Part shown: piece after piece, positions 18,744-30,421 of the stretch
Numbering within the stretch: the stretch's first letter is position 1
Layout of the letters: each line of letters starts with the position of its first letter
IMG/VR virus record: IMGVR_UViG_3300029288_006559
Coordinates: 32,001-96,000 of that record
Reading direction: 5' to 3' (one strand)
From: a virus
Taxonomy: Duplodnaviria > Caudoviricetes
Length of the DNA: 64,000 nt
The notes under the pieces: model-generated
The model's database searches: none
Seen by the model: only the letters and a program-made list of their open reading frames with translations
Told to the model about the DNA's origin: nothing
Made by a program: the position numbers and the translations under genes

Positions 18744-20429
18744 ATGAAAAAAGCTATTATTATTCTTTCTGGAGGGATGGACTCCGCAGTACTATTAGCT
18801 AAGGTTTTAAAAGAGGAGTATGAAGTAGAAACCTTAAGCTTTGACTATGGTTCTAAACACAACGATGAAGAGTATAAACACGCATTAATGCTTTGCGAAT
18901 ATTATAAGGTTAAAAATCAGAGAATTGCTCTTCCGTTTGTGAATGACCTATTCAAATCTGACTTACTAAAAAGCGGTGGAGATATTCCCGAAGGGCACTA
19001 TGAAGATGAGAGTATGCAACGTACTGTAGTGCCAAATCGTAATGCTATTATGCTTTCCATAGCAGTAGGCTATGCTGAATCTGTTGGAGCTGGAGTTGTA
19101 TTTTATGGCCCTCATGCAGGAGACCACGCAATATACGATGATTGTCGCGATACTTTTGTAATACCTTTTGATAAAGCTATGCAAGCTGCTTCTGGAGGTA
19201 AAGTTGTAATAAAGGCTCCTTTTTTAGCATTGACAAAACGCGATATAGGTTTGATTGGAAAAGAGCTTGATGTTCCTTTTGAGAAGACCTATTCTTGTTA
19301 CAAGGGCGGAGAAAAGCATTGCGGGAAATGTGTAGCGAAAGATACAGAAATTCTTATGGGGGATTATAGTAAAAAATTAATTCAAGATATTGTAGTTGGG
19401 GATATTATTTTAAGCTACGACAAGAAAAAGAAATTAATTATTCCTAACAAAGTTGTGCAGGTACATTCTAACGGAAAGCAGGTTATTTATAATGCTAAGT
19501 TTGGAAGAAACATTCTTAGGTGTACTGATTCTCATAAGATTGCAAGATACACTAGTAGCAAAAATGTAGAGTTTGCTGTAGCAAAGAAGTTTTCTTCTTA
19601 TAAGCATTCAAACGCTTTTGTTGTTCCTTTTTGGAAAGATTTAACGCCTGTTGATTTAAAAGCATTCTGGACAGGGTGGTTATCCGGAGTTGTTGACGGA
19701 GACGGAAGTTTTGCGTCGCCGAAGAGCTACCCCAGAGAAAGATTTTTAGGAGTTCCTGTCAAGGAGGTAATTTTTGCAAAATTGATAAAAGAAAACGTAA
19801 AAAAATATTTTAATATAGATATGAGATTTGTAGATCATAAATCCTCCAGTATTGTTAAAGCACATAGTAAAATGATAAACGTTTGTTGTAGCATTACAAG
19901 AGATGTAAAAGCAGTTGAGAATCAGATTAAGTCATATGAAAAGACACTTGATTTTTGGAAAGGGTGGTTAAGAGGTATAATTGATACCGATGGGGGTATA
20001 GATAGATTTTCCTATAGAATTTATCAAAGCAAGCCTGTGATAGTGGCTAAGATTCGTCGAGCATTAAAGCAGTTAAATTTACCTTTTACTGAATATGTCC
20101 AGACAAAAGAAGATCATAATAGTAATTCCAAAAATAAATTACATGCTAATTACGATGCATATACTTTTGTTCTTTCTAGTGGGCATTTAACTAATGTAAT
20201 GACGGGTAATATTAAAACATTTAAGTATAAAGAGTTTAGTTTCTTATTAAAATTTTTAACTCGTCCCGTCTTTGATTCCTTAAAGGTAATAGGGGAAGAC
20301 GATACTTATGATTTAACAACAGAAATAGGTAATTACTTTGCTGATGGCTTCCTAATTCACAATTGTGGCACGTGTACAGAACGAAAAGAAGCTTTAGCAG
20401 GGTTTGATCCAACACAATACCTTGCGTAG
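18744..20429 (+). CDS. queC: 7-cyano-7-deazaguanine (preQ0) synthase containing an intein
   Basis: SGGMDS, FDYGSKH, TVVPNRN, YDDCR, TYSCY; spliced product gives HCGKCGTCTER. Confidence 0.94.
   Translation: MKKAIIILSGGMDSAVLLAKVLKEEYEVETLSFDYGSKHNDEEYKHALMLCEYYKVKNQRIALPFVNDLFKSDLLKSGGDIPEGHYEDESMQRTVVPNRNAIMLSIAVGYAESVGAGVVFYGPHAGDHAIYDDCRDTFVIPFDKAMQAASGGKVVIKAPFLALTKRDIGLIGKELDVPFEKTYSCYKGGEKHCGKCVAKDTEILMGDYSKKLIQDIVVGDIILSYDKKKKLIIPNKVVQVHSNGKQVIYNAKFGRNILRCTDSHKIARYTSSKNVEFAVAKKFSSYKHSNAFVVPFWKDLTPVDLKAFWTGWLSGVVDGDGSFASPKSYPRERFLGVPVKEVIFAKLIKENVKKYFNIDMRFVDHKSSSIVKAHSKMINVCCSITRDVKAVENQIKSYEKTLDFWKGWLRGIIDTDGGIDRFSYRIYQSKPVIVAKIRRALKQLNLPFTEYVQTKEDHNSNSKNKLHANYDAYTFVLSSGHLTNVMTGNIKTFKYKEFSFLLKFLTRPVFDSLKVIGEDDTYDLTTEIGNYFADGFLIHNCGTCTERKEALAGFDPTQYLA
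19329..20363 (+). mobile_element. intein (345 aa) with LAGLIDADG endonuclease
   Basis: CVAKDT start, CTDSHKI, LSGVVDGDG and LRGIIDTDG, YDL...NYFADGFLIHN/C. Confidence 0.92.
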
Positions 20430-20433
20430 ATTT

Positions 20434-20736
20434 ATGGAACCTCTTATTATTTGTTTTCACGGAACGAATAGAGAAGCTGCTACTATTATTGAAAAGCAAG
20501 GGTTTAAGAAGGGAACTTATTTTGCTCGATCTTTAGCAGATGCTGTTGAGTTCAGTAGAGGGAACCACATCTTTGAGGTTGTTTTTAAAAAGGTAAAAGT
20601 TCCTCTTAGTTGGCAGTTTTTAGTACAAAAAAGAGTTTTACCTAGTATGATAGTACGTCATTATGTATTTAATAGAAAGTTTATAAGAGAGAATGAAAAG
20701 TTAAGAAAGAAAGTATTTAAGTCTAATATAATATAA
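20434..20736 (+). CDS. small ADP-ribosyltransferase-fold protein
   Basis: FHGT...I...GF..GTYFA.....A..F pattern of H-Y-type ART domains; ATG 20434 preferred over 20404. Confidence 0.5.
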   Translation: MEPLIICFHGTNREAATIIEKQGFKKGTYFARSLADAVEFSRGNHIFEVVFKKVKVPLSWQFLVQKRVLPSMIVRHYVFNRKFIRENEKLRKKVFKSNII

Positions 20737-20745
20737 AGGTGAAAT

Positions 20746-21792
20746 ATGGAAACTGTAGCGACAATAGAAACAATTTCTGATATTAAGACACATCCAAATG
20801 CTGACTTACTCGAGTTAGCTACTGTGTGCGGTTTTCAAACAGTGGTTAGAAAGGGCGAGTTCAAGGTCGGGGATAAATGTGTTTATGTTAAATCCGATAG
20901 TATATTGAAAGAACATCCTGAGTTTGAATTTCTTCGTAATAAGCAATTTCGTATTCGTATGAATGTGAAACTACGTGGAGAGGTTTCCAACGGAATAGCT
21001 TTTCCTGTGAACATTCTTGAGAAGTTTTCCTGGTCAAAAGAACTTTCTTATCTTAGAAAATTTCCTGATTCAGAGGAGCGTTCCGCAGAGTTTATTGATG
21101 GTGCAGACGTTTCAGAAATTATAGGAGCGTCTCATTACGAAAAACCTATCAATCCTCATTTAGTAGGATTAATAAAAGGTAACTTTCCTGCTTATATACC
21201 GAGAACAGATGAAACCCGTTTGCAAGGTTGTAGAGGTATTTTAGAAGAACTGAGAGGAAGAGATGTGTATATTACATTAAAATGCGACGGTACTTCTTCT
21301 ACTTTTGTTAACAGGAACGGGGAAATAGATGTTTGTTCTCGTAAGCTGTCTGTAAAGCTTGATGATGAAGCAAGTATTTATAACCAAATAGCAAAAAAAT
21401 ATGATCTTGTTAGTAAATTAAAAACATTAGGTAATTACGGGATTCAAGGAGAGATATGCGGTGGGGGAATACAGAAGAACCCTATGGGATTGAAAGAACA
21501 CAAGCTCTTTGTATTTAATATCTGGTATGTTGATAGACAGGAATATATGAATTATTATGATATGGTAAGTTTGTGCGAGAACCTTGAATTAGAAACAGTT
21601 CCTCTTATTAAAATAGTTCCAAACTTTAATATGTCTTTTGAAGAACTTGTCGAACTATCCAGAGGCGTATATAAAGATACTACCAATCCTATAGAGGGAA
21701 TAGTAATTCGTCCCGTTGTAGAAGCGTATAGTGAGAGGCTTCACGGTAGAATGTCTGTTAAGGTAATAAATCCCGATTATAAGGATGAGTAA
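20746..21792 (+). CDS. RNA ligase, DRB0094-like, with N-terminal OB domain
   Basis: HPNADLLE, KLRGEVSNG, PRTDETR, KCDGTS motif I, QGEICG, EGIVIRP, KVIN. Confidence 0.88.
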   Translation: METVATIETISDIKTHPNADLLELATVCGFQTVVRKGEFKVGDKCVYVKSDSILKEHPEFEFLRNKQFRIRMNVKLRGEVSNGIAFPVNILEKFSWSKELSYLRKFPDSEERSAEFIDGADVSEIIGASHYEKPINPHLVGLIKGNFPAYIPRTDETRLQGCRGILEELRGRDVYITLKCDGTSSTFVNRNGEIDVCSRKLSVKLDDEASIYNQIAKKYDLVSKLKTLGNYGIQGEICGGGIQKNPMGLKEHKLFVFNIWYVDRQEYMNYYDMVSLCENLELETVPLIKIVPNFNMSFEELVELSRGVYKDTTNPIEGIVIRPVVEAYSERLHGRMSVKVINPDYKDE

Positions 21793-21822
21793 TTAACAAA
21801 ATTTAGTTAAGGAAAAAATAGA

Positions 21823-22638
21823 ATGAGAATTGCACACGAAGCTCCTCTTTCTCTTATGAAATATGTTAAACAAGTTACTGACTATGATTATGCCCTAGCC
21901 TCTTTGTTTGATAATGTTTCAGGATATTATGAATATTTTAAGCAATCAAAAAAAGAGGGGCGTAAGATCCTTCTAGACAATGGTGTCTTCGAAGAAGGCG
22001 TTGCGATGAAAGATAAAGATTATGTTAATTGGATTAAAGATCTCCAACCAGATGAGTATATAGTTCCTGATGTAATGGGAGATATGCATAGAACTGTGGT
22101 TAACTTTCAAAAATGGTTATTAGAGTATCAGGATCTTCCAGGAAAGAAAATAGGGGTAGTTCATGGATATACTATAGAAGAGTTTATAGAATGTTATAAG
22201 TACATGTCTACATATGCTGATAAAATAGCTATAAATTTTTCTCAATCTTTTTATCAAGAAATTTATCCTCAACAACAAGGTATGAGTAAAGAAATAAAGC
22301 AAGCACAAGGAAGATTGTGGATTACGGGGCATTTACATTCTCTAGGTATTTGGAACGCAGAAAAACCACATCACTTGTTAGGAGCTTCTGTTCCTAGCGA
22401 ATTTAGTGCGTATGTAGAAAGACACCCTTCATTTGTATACAAGTCTATAGAATCTATTGATACAAGTAACCCCATTGTATATGCTATAGTAAAAGGAAGA
22501 TATCCCAAACATATAAGTGGGGTTGTAACAAAAGAAACTACTAAGGTAAAGGATTTGATAACTACTCCTTACTCTGATAAGCTTTTGATAGACGTTATAG
22601 CTAATGTTATTCAATTTAGAACACAAAATAACCTCTAA
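21823..22638 (+). CDS. TGT-fold base-exchange transglycosylase (DpdA-like candidate)
   Basis: ILLDNGVFE, IVPDV, GVVHG, HHLLG and SIDTS follow the TGT/DpdA motif order; genome encodes the preQ0 pathway. Confidence 0.7.
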   Translation: MRIAHEAPLSLMKYVKQVTDYDYALASLFDNVSGYYEYFKQSKKEGRKILLDNGVFEEGVAMKDKDYVNWIKDLQPDEYIVPDVMGDMHRTVVNFQKWLLEYQDLPGKKIGVVHGYTIEEFIECYKYMSTYADKIAINFSQSFYQEIYPQQQGMSKEIKQAQGRLWITGHLHSLGIWNAEKPHHLLGASVPSEFSAYVERHPSFVYKSIESIDTSNPIVYAIVKGRYPKHISGVVTKETTKVKDLITTPYSDKLLIDVIANVIQFRTQNNL

Positions 22639-22641
22639 TAA

Positions 22642-23202
22642 ATGCAAATTGAAGATCTTTCTACTTGTAAAAAGAAATATTTCATAATATACGCAGACCC
22701 TCCTTGGTCGTATAAAAGAAAAGGAGGGCCAAAACATATTGGTACTGCACACCAAACATACAAATCAACTATGTCTGATGAAGAAATTTATAATCTTCCT
22801 ATCAAACATATTGCTGCAAAAAATGCTATTTTGTTTTTATGGATTACTTTTCCTAAATTAAAAGAAGGTCTTATTACACTTGAGAAGTGGGGTTTTGAAT
22901 ATAAGACAGTAGGATTTGTGTGGGTAAAAGTAAACAAAAAACAATGGACATTGTTTTGGGGTTCAGGTCATTATACTCGGGCTAATGCTGAAGTATGTTT
23001 AATAGGAATAAAAGGGCATCCTAAAATAAAGAGACATGATGTACATTCTGTTGTAATTGATCGTAATGTAAAACATTCCCGAAAACCTGTTGTAGTAAGA
23101 GAAAGAATTGTCAAACTTTGCGGTAACTTATCCCGTATAGAATTATTTGCAACCCAAGAGGTAGAAAAATGGGATTGCTTCGGAAATGAGATTGAAAAAT
23201 GA
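22642..23202 (+). CDS. MT-A70-family N6-adenine methyltransferase
   Basis: IIYADPPW, LFLW, WGFEYKT, WVK, HSRKP, RIELFA. Confidence 0.9.
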   Translation: MQIEDLSTCKKKYFIIYADPPWSYKRKGGPKHIGTAHQTYKSTMSDEEIYNLPIKHIAAKNAILFLWITFPKLKEGLITLEKWGFEYKTVGFVWVKVNKKQWTLFWGSGHYTRANAEVCLIGIKGHPKIKRHDVHSVVIDRNVKHSRKPVVVRERIVKLCGNLSRIELFATQEVEKWDCFGNEIEK

Positions 23203-26200
23203 TACAAGAACGACCTAAAGATTGTCAAGGATGTGATCTTTGTGCAACACGGAAAAAAGTAGTTCAATCTGTTTTCCCAGATAACGTAGAAGTAATTTTA
23301 GTAGGAGAAGCACCTGGTTGCTTCCCCGCAGGTACCTTTGTGTACACCCCTACTGGAATTGTGGAAATTCAAAATTTGCAGGAAGGGGATGTTGTTTTAT
23401 CTTCTCAAGGGACTCCACAAATAGTAAAAAAGTGTTTTAAAAGAGAATCTAAGTCTTTAGTAAATTTGAAATTATACGGAGGGTATTCTCTAACTGCTAC
23501 TTGCAATCACTCTATTTTAGTTGTACCTCATAAAAGTTGTGATTTTAACGGACATGGTAATCATTGTTATCCTTGTTACACTAAAGTGTGTAAGTATAGT
23601 TATTATAATGGTTATAAAAAAGTTTGGAAAAAAACAGAAAATATAACTTTAAATGATTGGGTAATTATTCCTAAGATAAAATCTATTGTTAAGGAGCATT
23701 GTTTTGATTTAAAAGAATTTTGTGAAGAGAAAACAAATAGAGGTATTCCTGATGAAATATTACTAGACGCAGATTTAGCGTATGTATTAGGTTGGTACAT
23801 GGCAGAAGGATGTTTGTTATATAAGCCTAATGTAAAAAATCAACAAATTGCTTATGGCATATCTTTTTGTTTAGGAAAAAATGATATTAAATATGTTAAA
23901 AAGATTAGAGAAATTCTTTTTACAAAATTTAAAATATCTTCAAAATATAATGCGCAAACTTTTTGTTTACATTTTCATTCAAAAAAAGTAGCTCAGTGGA
24001 TAGAATCTTTGTTTGGGGAAAGAGTTAAAGCTCCATATAAGAGAATTCCGAAAGTGTTTTTTACTTCTAGTTTTGATGTAAAAGCCTCTTTTTTATTTGG
24101 TTGGTATTTGGGAGATGGTAATCATCCCACGAAAGATAGTAGGCCTTATTCTATAAGTAGTTCTTCTAAGTTTGCTATTTATGATGCTTCTATTTTATTT
24201 CTTAGTTTAGGTGTTTTGCCTACTATAAGAGTTGAAGAAGTAGTAGGGAAGATGACACCTAAAAAAATTAAATTTAATTTTGATATATATCGTATTTGTA
24301 TTAAAAATGCAGATATAGTGAAACTTAAATGGAATCTTCCTACACATAATAGAGTTCAAAGGCGCGTTTTTTGGGAAGACGAAGATAATTTTTATATAAA
24401 AATATGTAAAATTCAAAAAGTTCAAAAGATTACTACTGTTTATAATATTGAAACCGAAGATAATACTTATTGTACTCCTGTAATTGTTCATAATAGCGAA
24501 GAAGACAGGTTAGGTGTTCCATTTGTTGGAAGAGCAGGTCAACTCCTTGATAGGGTTTTAAAAGAAGTACAGATTGATAGAAAAGAAATTGGTATTACTA
24601 ATGTAGTAGGGTGTCGCCCTCCTGAAAATGCTAAACCTACTGTTAAGCAAGCTAAAGCGTGTTGGCCGTTTGTTGATAAAGAGTTAAGACAAATAAAACC
24701 GAAGCTTTTAGTTCCTATGGGGGATACCGCTATGAATAAAATTATTCCTGGAATGGGTAGAATTACCAAGATTCGAGGCCAGATATTTCATAGCGATGAA
24801 TATAATTGTACTGTTATACCTACTTTACATCCATCTTATGTTTTGAGAAACGAAATAGAGCTTCTGCCTCAAATTAGAGAAGACCTACGTAAAGTTTACG
24901 CTTTTATGCAAGGAACTTTAGACCAAAGCCGCTCACCTGTAGAGTATTGTTCTGTAGAAACGCAAAAACAGTTTGATTGGCTTATGGAACAACTTAATGA
25001 ACAACCAGAATGGGCTTGTGATGCTGAAACTACAGGATATGATTGGCAAAAAGATGAAGTTTTTATGGTTTCTTTTTCTTGGCAAGAAAATACCGCAGTA
25101 TTTATAGATTTTAGAAATGAATTTTTTGTAAAAAATCAGGATTACGTTTGGAAAAAATTGGGAGAAGCTTTTGCTAATAGTAGTAAGAAAATTTTTCATA
25201 ATGGTTCTTTTGATATAGAATTTTTTATGATGAAAGGATGTTATGTAAATAATTACTATTTTGATACTTTATTAGCTCACCATCTTGTAAATGAAAATGA
25301 TTTTCACGGATTAGAAGTTCTCGCTGCACAGTATACTGATATGGCAGGATATGAGTTACCTTTATTGCAGTATGTAAAACAGAATAAAATTGCAAATTAT
25401 TCTGAGATCCCAAAAGATATTTTATATACCTACTCTCCTGCGGATGCAGATGTTACTTTTCGTTGTTATAAAAAGCTTTTACCTCTTATATACGAACAAG
25501 GTCTTGATAGAGTGATGTTTACTATTACTATGCCAGCTCAGATTTTATTGATAATGACAGAGTTTTGGGGAGTATCTATTGATGTTCCTTACTTGAAGAG
25601 AACACTTGTTAAGTATAATCAAATGATCAAAGAACAAGAAGACATTATACAAACTACTCCTCAAGTAATTGAATATGAGCAAGAAAAAAAAGATAAAATT
25701 TGGACGGAGTTTAGAAAAAAATATAATAACAGTTCTAGTACTGTAAAGAATAGATTTCCTACATTTGATTCATATGTTCAATCTCGGAAGGCAGATGATT
25801 TAGATTATTCTTTTAATCCTAATTCTCATTTACAATTAAAAGAATTGCTAATTGGTAGAATGAAGCTTCCTATTATTAAGTATACTAAAAAAGGAAAAAA
25901 AGCAACTACGAATCCTAGTTTAGATGCTGAAGTATTAGAAGTTTATGCTACGAAATACAAGCACAAGTTTTGCGTTGCTTTATCCCGTGTGAGTACTTTA
26001 AATCATCTTAAAAGCACTTTTTTAGATGGTATTAAAGAAAGGCTAGATGGAAGTAACAAAGTTCACACAGATTATAGGGTTTGGGGAACAAAAACAGGGC
26101 GTATTTCTTCTAAGGATCCTAATCTAAATAATATTCCTAGGACAGGTACTGCAGATGATATTAAAGATATCTTTTGTGCCGACCCAGGGGAGTGGATGTT

Positions 26201-27029
26201 AGAAATAGACGGATCACAAATGGAATTCCGAACATGGATTAATTATTCTGAAGATCCGCAAGCTATTCGTGATTTGAAAACAGGTATTGATATTCATAAA
26301 CTTATGGCCGCAGCGGGGAAAGGTGTTGCCATTCCTCGTGGGGATATTACTTATGAGCAGTTTAAAGAGTTAGTTAAAGATGTTAAAAAAGACGAGAGAC
26401 AAAATGCTAAATTAGTAGTATTTGGAATTATGTATGGGCGTGGTGCAGAAAGCGTAGCAGAACAACTAGGTATTAGTAAGAGAGATGCACAGCATATAAT
26501 TAATCAGTTCTTTTCACGATATCCTAAAGCAAAAATGTGGTTACTACGTCAGCATACAAAAGCTAGAACTCAAGGATATGTTGAAAATTTGTTTGGTAGG
26601 AGAAGAAGATTACCTAATATTAATTCTAAAGATCAAGGTTTAAGGGCAGACGCTGAGAGACAAGCACAGAATAGTCCCATCCAAGGAGGAGCTTCCGATA
26701 TAGTTATGCGGGCGGGTATAAGAATCGCCCAATGGATGTGGGAAAATAATATAAAAGCCAGGATGGTATTGACTGTATACGATTCTTTGATATTTACTAT
26801 AGCGGATGAACATCTGGAGCAAGTAGCCAAAAAAGTTTATCACGAAATGAGTAATCCTCCTGAAGATGTGCGAATCGTAGTGCCTATTGAAGCTGAAATG
26901 AAAATAGGCAAAAATTGGGGGTCTTTACTTGAAGTAAACCCAGAAAAAGAAGCGTGGGAAAGCGTGTATAATAAGATAAAAGAATATATAATATTAACCG
27001 GACAAAAGAAAAAATTAACTGTAGAATAA
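23199..27029 (+). CDS. polA: family-4 uracil-DNA glycosylase fused to family A DNA polymerase (SPO1-like); intein in the UDG domain
   Basis: CxxCxLC, GEAPG, PFVGRAG, CRPPEN, HPS; exonuclease DAETTG and HNGSFD; TGRISS, DGSQMEFR, AK...FGIMYG, NSPIQG, VYDS. Confidence 0.93.
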   Translation: MIQERPKDCQGCDLCATRKKVVQSVFPDNVEVILVGEAPGCFPAGTFVYTPTGIVEIQNLQEGDVVLSSQGTPQIVKKCFKRESKSLVNLKLYGGYSLTATCNHSILVVPHKSCDFNGHGNHCYPCYTKVCKYSYYNGYKKVWKKTENITLNDWVIIPKIKSIVKEHCFDLKEFCEEKTNRGIPDEILLDADLAYVLGWYMAEGCLLYKPNVKNQQIAYGISFCLGKNDIKYVKKIREILFTKFKISSKYNAQTFCLHFHSKKVAQWIESLFGERVKAPYKRIPKVFFTSSFDVKASFLFGWYLGDGNHPTKDSRPYSISSSSKFAIYDASILFLSLGVLPTIRVEEVVGKMTPKKIKFNFDIYRICIKNADIVKLKWNLPTHNRVQRRVFWEDEDNFYIKICKIQKVQKITTVYNIETEDNTYCTPVIVHNSEEDRLGVPFVGRAGQLLDRVLKEVQIDRKEIGITNVVGCRPPENAKPTVKQAKACWPFVDKELRQIKPKLLVPMGDTAMNKIIPGMGRITKIRGQIFHSDEYNCTVIPTLHPSYVLRNEIELLPQIREDLRKVYAFMQGTLDQSRSPVEYCSVETQKQFDWLMEQLNEQPEWACDAETTGYDWQKDEVFMVSFSWQENTAVFIDFRNEFFVKNQDYVWKKLGEAFANSSKKIFHNGSFDIEFFMMKGCYVNNYYFDTLLAHHLVNENDFHGLEVLAAQYTDMAGYELPLLQYVKQNKIANYSEIPKDILYTYSPADADVTFRCYKKLLPLIYEQGLDRVMFTITMPAQILLIMTEFWGVSIDVPYLKRTLVKYNQMIKEQEDIIQTTPQVIEYEQEKKDKIWTEFRKKYNNSSSTVKNRFPTFDSYVQSRKADDLDYSFNPNSHLQLKELLIGRMKLPIIKYTKKGKKATTNPSLDAEVLEVYATKYKHKFCVALSRVSTLNHLKSTFLDGIKERLDGSNKVHTDYRVWGTKTGRISSKDPNLNNIPRTGTADDIKDIFCADPGEWMLEIDGSQMEFRTWINYSEDPQAIRDLKTGIDIHKLMAAAGKGVAIPRGDITYEQFKELVKDVKKDERQNAKLVVFGIMYGRGAESVAEQLGISKRDAQHIINQFFSRYPKAKMWLLRQHTKARTQGYVENLFGRRRRLPNINSKDQGLRADAERQAQNSPIQGGASDIVMRAGIRIAQWMWENNIKARMVLTVYDSLIFTIADEHLEQVAKKVYHEMSNPPEDVRIVVPIEAEMKIGKNWGSLLEVNPEKEAWESVYNKIKEYIILTGQKKKLTVE
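23319..24494 (+). mobile_element. intein (392 aa) with LAGLIDADG-type endonuclease
   Basis: GEAPG/CFPAGT start, ATCNHSI, LGWYMAEG and FGWYLGDG, VYNIET...IVHN/S. Confidence 0.9.
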
Positions 27030-27044
27030 CGGAGTGTTTTATTT

Positions 27045-27401
27045 ATGGCTTACGATCGTAAAAAAGCAGAAGAACTTGTAAAAAAGGTTCTTGACAAACT
27101 TGATAAAAGTAATGCTGTTTATAAAGATGCTTATGTTTTGAATGATATTGCGAGAGAAACAGACGAAGAGCTCCTCGATATTATTGGTTGGCCTTTGATG
27201 GAAGTATTACGTCTTCAAGAAACTCTACAAAAGGTAATCTATTCAGCTGATAATATTTATTGGGAAAAATTTCTAAAGAATCAAAAGTTCGAGTTCTTGC
27301 AAATATTGCTTCATAGGATTGCTCAAGAACTTGGTAAGAGAGAAAGAGCAACAGAACAAGAACTCGTTACCTTACAAAGAGAGTTATTAGGTGCTGTATA
27401 G
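27045..27401 (+). CDS. hypothetical protein
   Basis: 118-aa helical ORF, GGAG RBS. Confidence 0.6.
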   Translation: MAYDRKKAEELVKKVLDKLDKSNAVYKDAYVLNDIARETDEELLDIIGWPLMEVLRLQETLQKVIYSADNIYWEKFLKNQKFEFLQILLHRIAQELGKRERATEQELVTLQRELLGAV

Positions 27402-27898
27402 TGGATACTTTGCAAAAGCAAATACTTTACGATGTAGAGTGGCAGATTCTTCGTACTCAACTACTTTCTAAGAATAATTATACAGGTGGCTGGGCTTCTA
27501 CTTCTGGGGCTTCTATAAATCTTGAACGATTGAATAATTATTTAGGAGGAAATCCCAATCTTGTCAAAGTTTGGAGAGTGTTGAATCTTTTAGATGCTGT
27601 AAGGATGGGGTATAGTGGTCAGCAAAGAATAGGTTCTCCCCAAGATAAGTTAGTAAAGAGACAAAGGGATAAGCTAAGTAAGATATACAAAAAAATGTCT
27701 TCTATTTATACGTTTGAGATACCTTCTGAAGAAGAAACAATATCTGATATAAGAGAAGCTTCTGGAAGTGATTTACGTGATGTTTATAAAGATCTGTATA
27801 ATAGGTGGGATAAACATAGAAATTCTTTATATAGAAGTGAATTGAAACATTTTTTAGATCTTATTGAGAAATACAGACCAGAGATTATTAATTGTTAA
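27401..27898 (+). CDS. hypothetical protein
   Basis: 165-aa ORF coupled to the previous gene. Confidence 0.6.
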   Translation: MDTLQKQILYDVEWQILRTQLLSKNNYTGGWASTSGASINLERLNNYLGGNPNLVKVWRVLNLLDAVRMGYSGQQRIGSPQDKLVKRQRDKLSKIYKKMSSIYTFEIPSEEETISDIREASGSDLRDVYKDLYNRWDKHRNSLYRSELKHFLDLIEKYRPEIINC

Positions 27899-27931
27899 AT
27901 TTTTGTATTGTTTCTACTGCTTTTTAATTAA

Positions 27932-29668
<1,737 letters not shown>

Positions 29669-29724
29669 TTCGCGTGTATATTATTAATGTGGTATTTGTT
29701 TAATATAATGCCACCTCCTTTCTG

Positions 29725-29759
29725 ACCCCCGTTTTTCTCGACGGGGGTTTTTATTTTTT
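29725..29759 (+). terminator. intrinsic terminator after groEL
   Basis: ACCCCCGT-N8-ACGGGGGT followed by T-run. Confidence 0.85.
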
Positions 29760-29778
29760 GCGTGTATTATATTAATGT

Positions 29779-29976
29779 ATGGATGCTATAAATTTGATAG
29801 GCCTTTCTGCTCGTGGAGAGTTTACCTCTTACAGTAATCGTTTCTTTTATGGAACAATTGCTAAAATTATCGGTGACAATATTACAATAAAAGGGAGTGT
29901 CGGAAAAGGTAAGTACAAAAAAATAAAATACTATGCATTTAATAAAAACAAAGTGAGGATATATAAAAATGGATGA
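29779..29976 (+). CDS. hypothetical protein
   Basis: 65-aa ORF directly after a class B motif. Confidence 0.5.
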   Translation: MDAINLIGLSARGEFTSYSNRFFYGTIAKIIGDNITIKGSVGKGKYKKIKYYAFNKNKVRIYKNG

Positions 29977-30421
29977 TATAAATAACTACAGACAAAACCA
30001 TCCTGAATTAATTGTTAGAGACCTTTCTAAATTAGTTGATCCTGAAATCGTAAGGCATGTATTGAAATATAGAGGGGTAAATAAATGGTTGAGGGTAAGA
30101 AGGCTTTTGATTACCTTAAAACATAATTGGAAAGCCCGTTTAAATTTACTGAAACTTGCAAGGCAAGATGCGAAAGAAAAAAGAGATTGGAGAGCTTATC
30201 ACCGTCTTGGTGGTTATATGGAAGCTTTAGCTGATTGTAGGCAGCAGGTTAGAGCTTTGTGCCATTCTCCAAGAGATGTGGATTTTTCTACATCCCCAAA
30301 AGATTTTGGTGAAATTTGTGAATTACCTTCTGACTTTCCTTTCCGCCCTCATAAAAGATGGTTTTGGAGACATGATGGTTTGAAAGTAAAAGATAATGTA
30401 GTAGAAGGAGTTAGACAATGA
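29969..30421 (+). CDS. hypothetical protein
   Basis: 150-aa ORF with overlapping start and stop codons. Confidence 0.6.
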   Translation: MDDINNYRQNHPELIVRDLSKLVDPEIVRHVLKYRGVNKWLRVRRLLITLKHNWKARLNLLKLARQDAKEKRDWRAYHRLGGYMEALADCRQQVRALCHSPRDVDFSTSPKDFGEICELPSDFPFRPHKRWFWRHDGLKVKDNVVEGVRQ

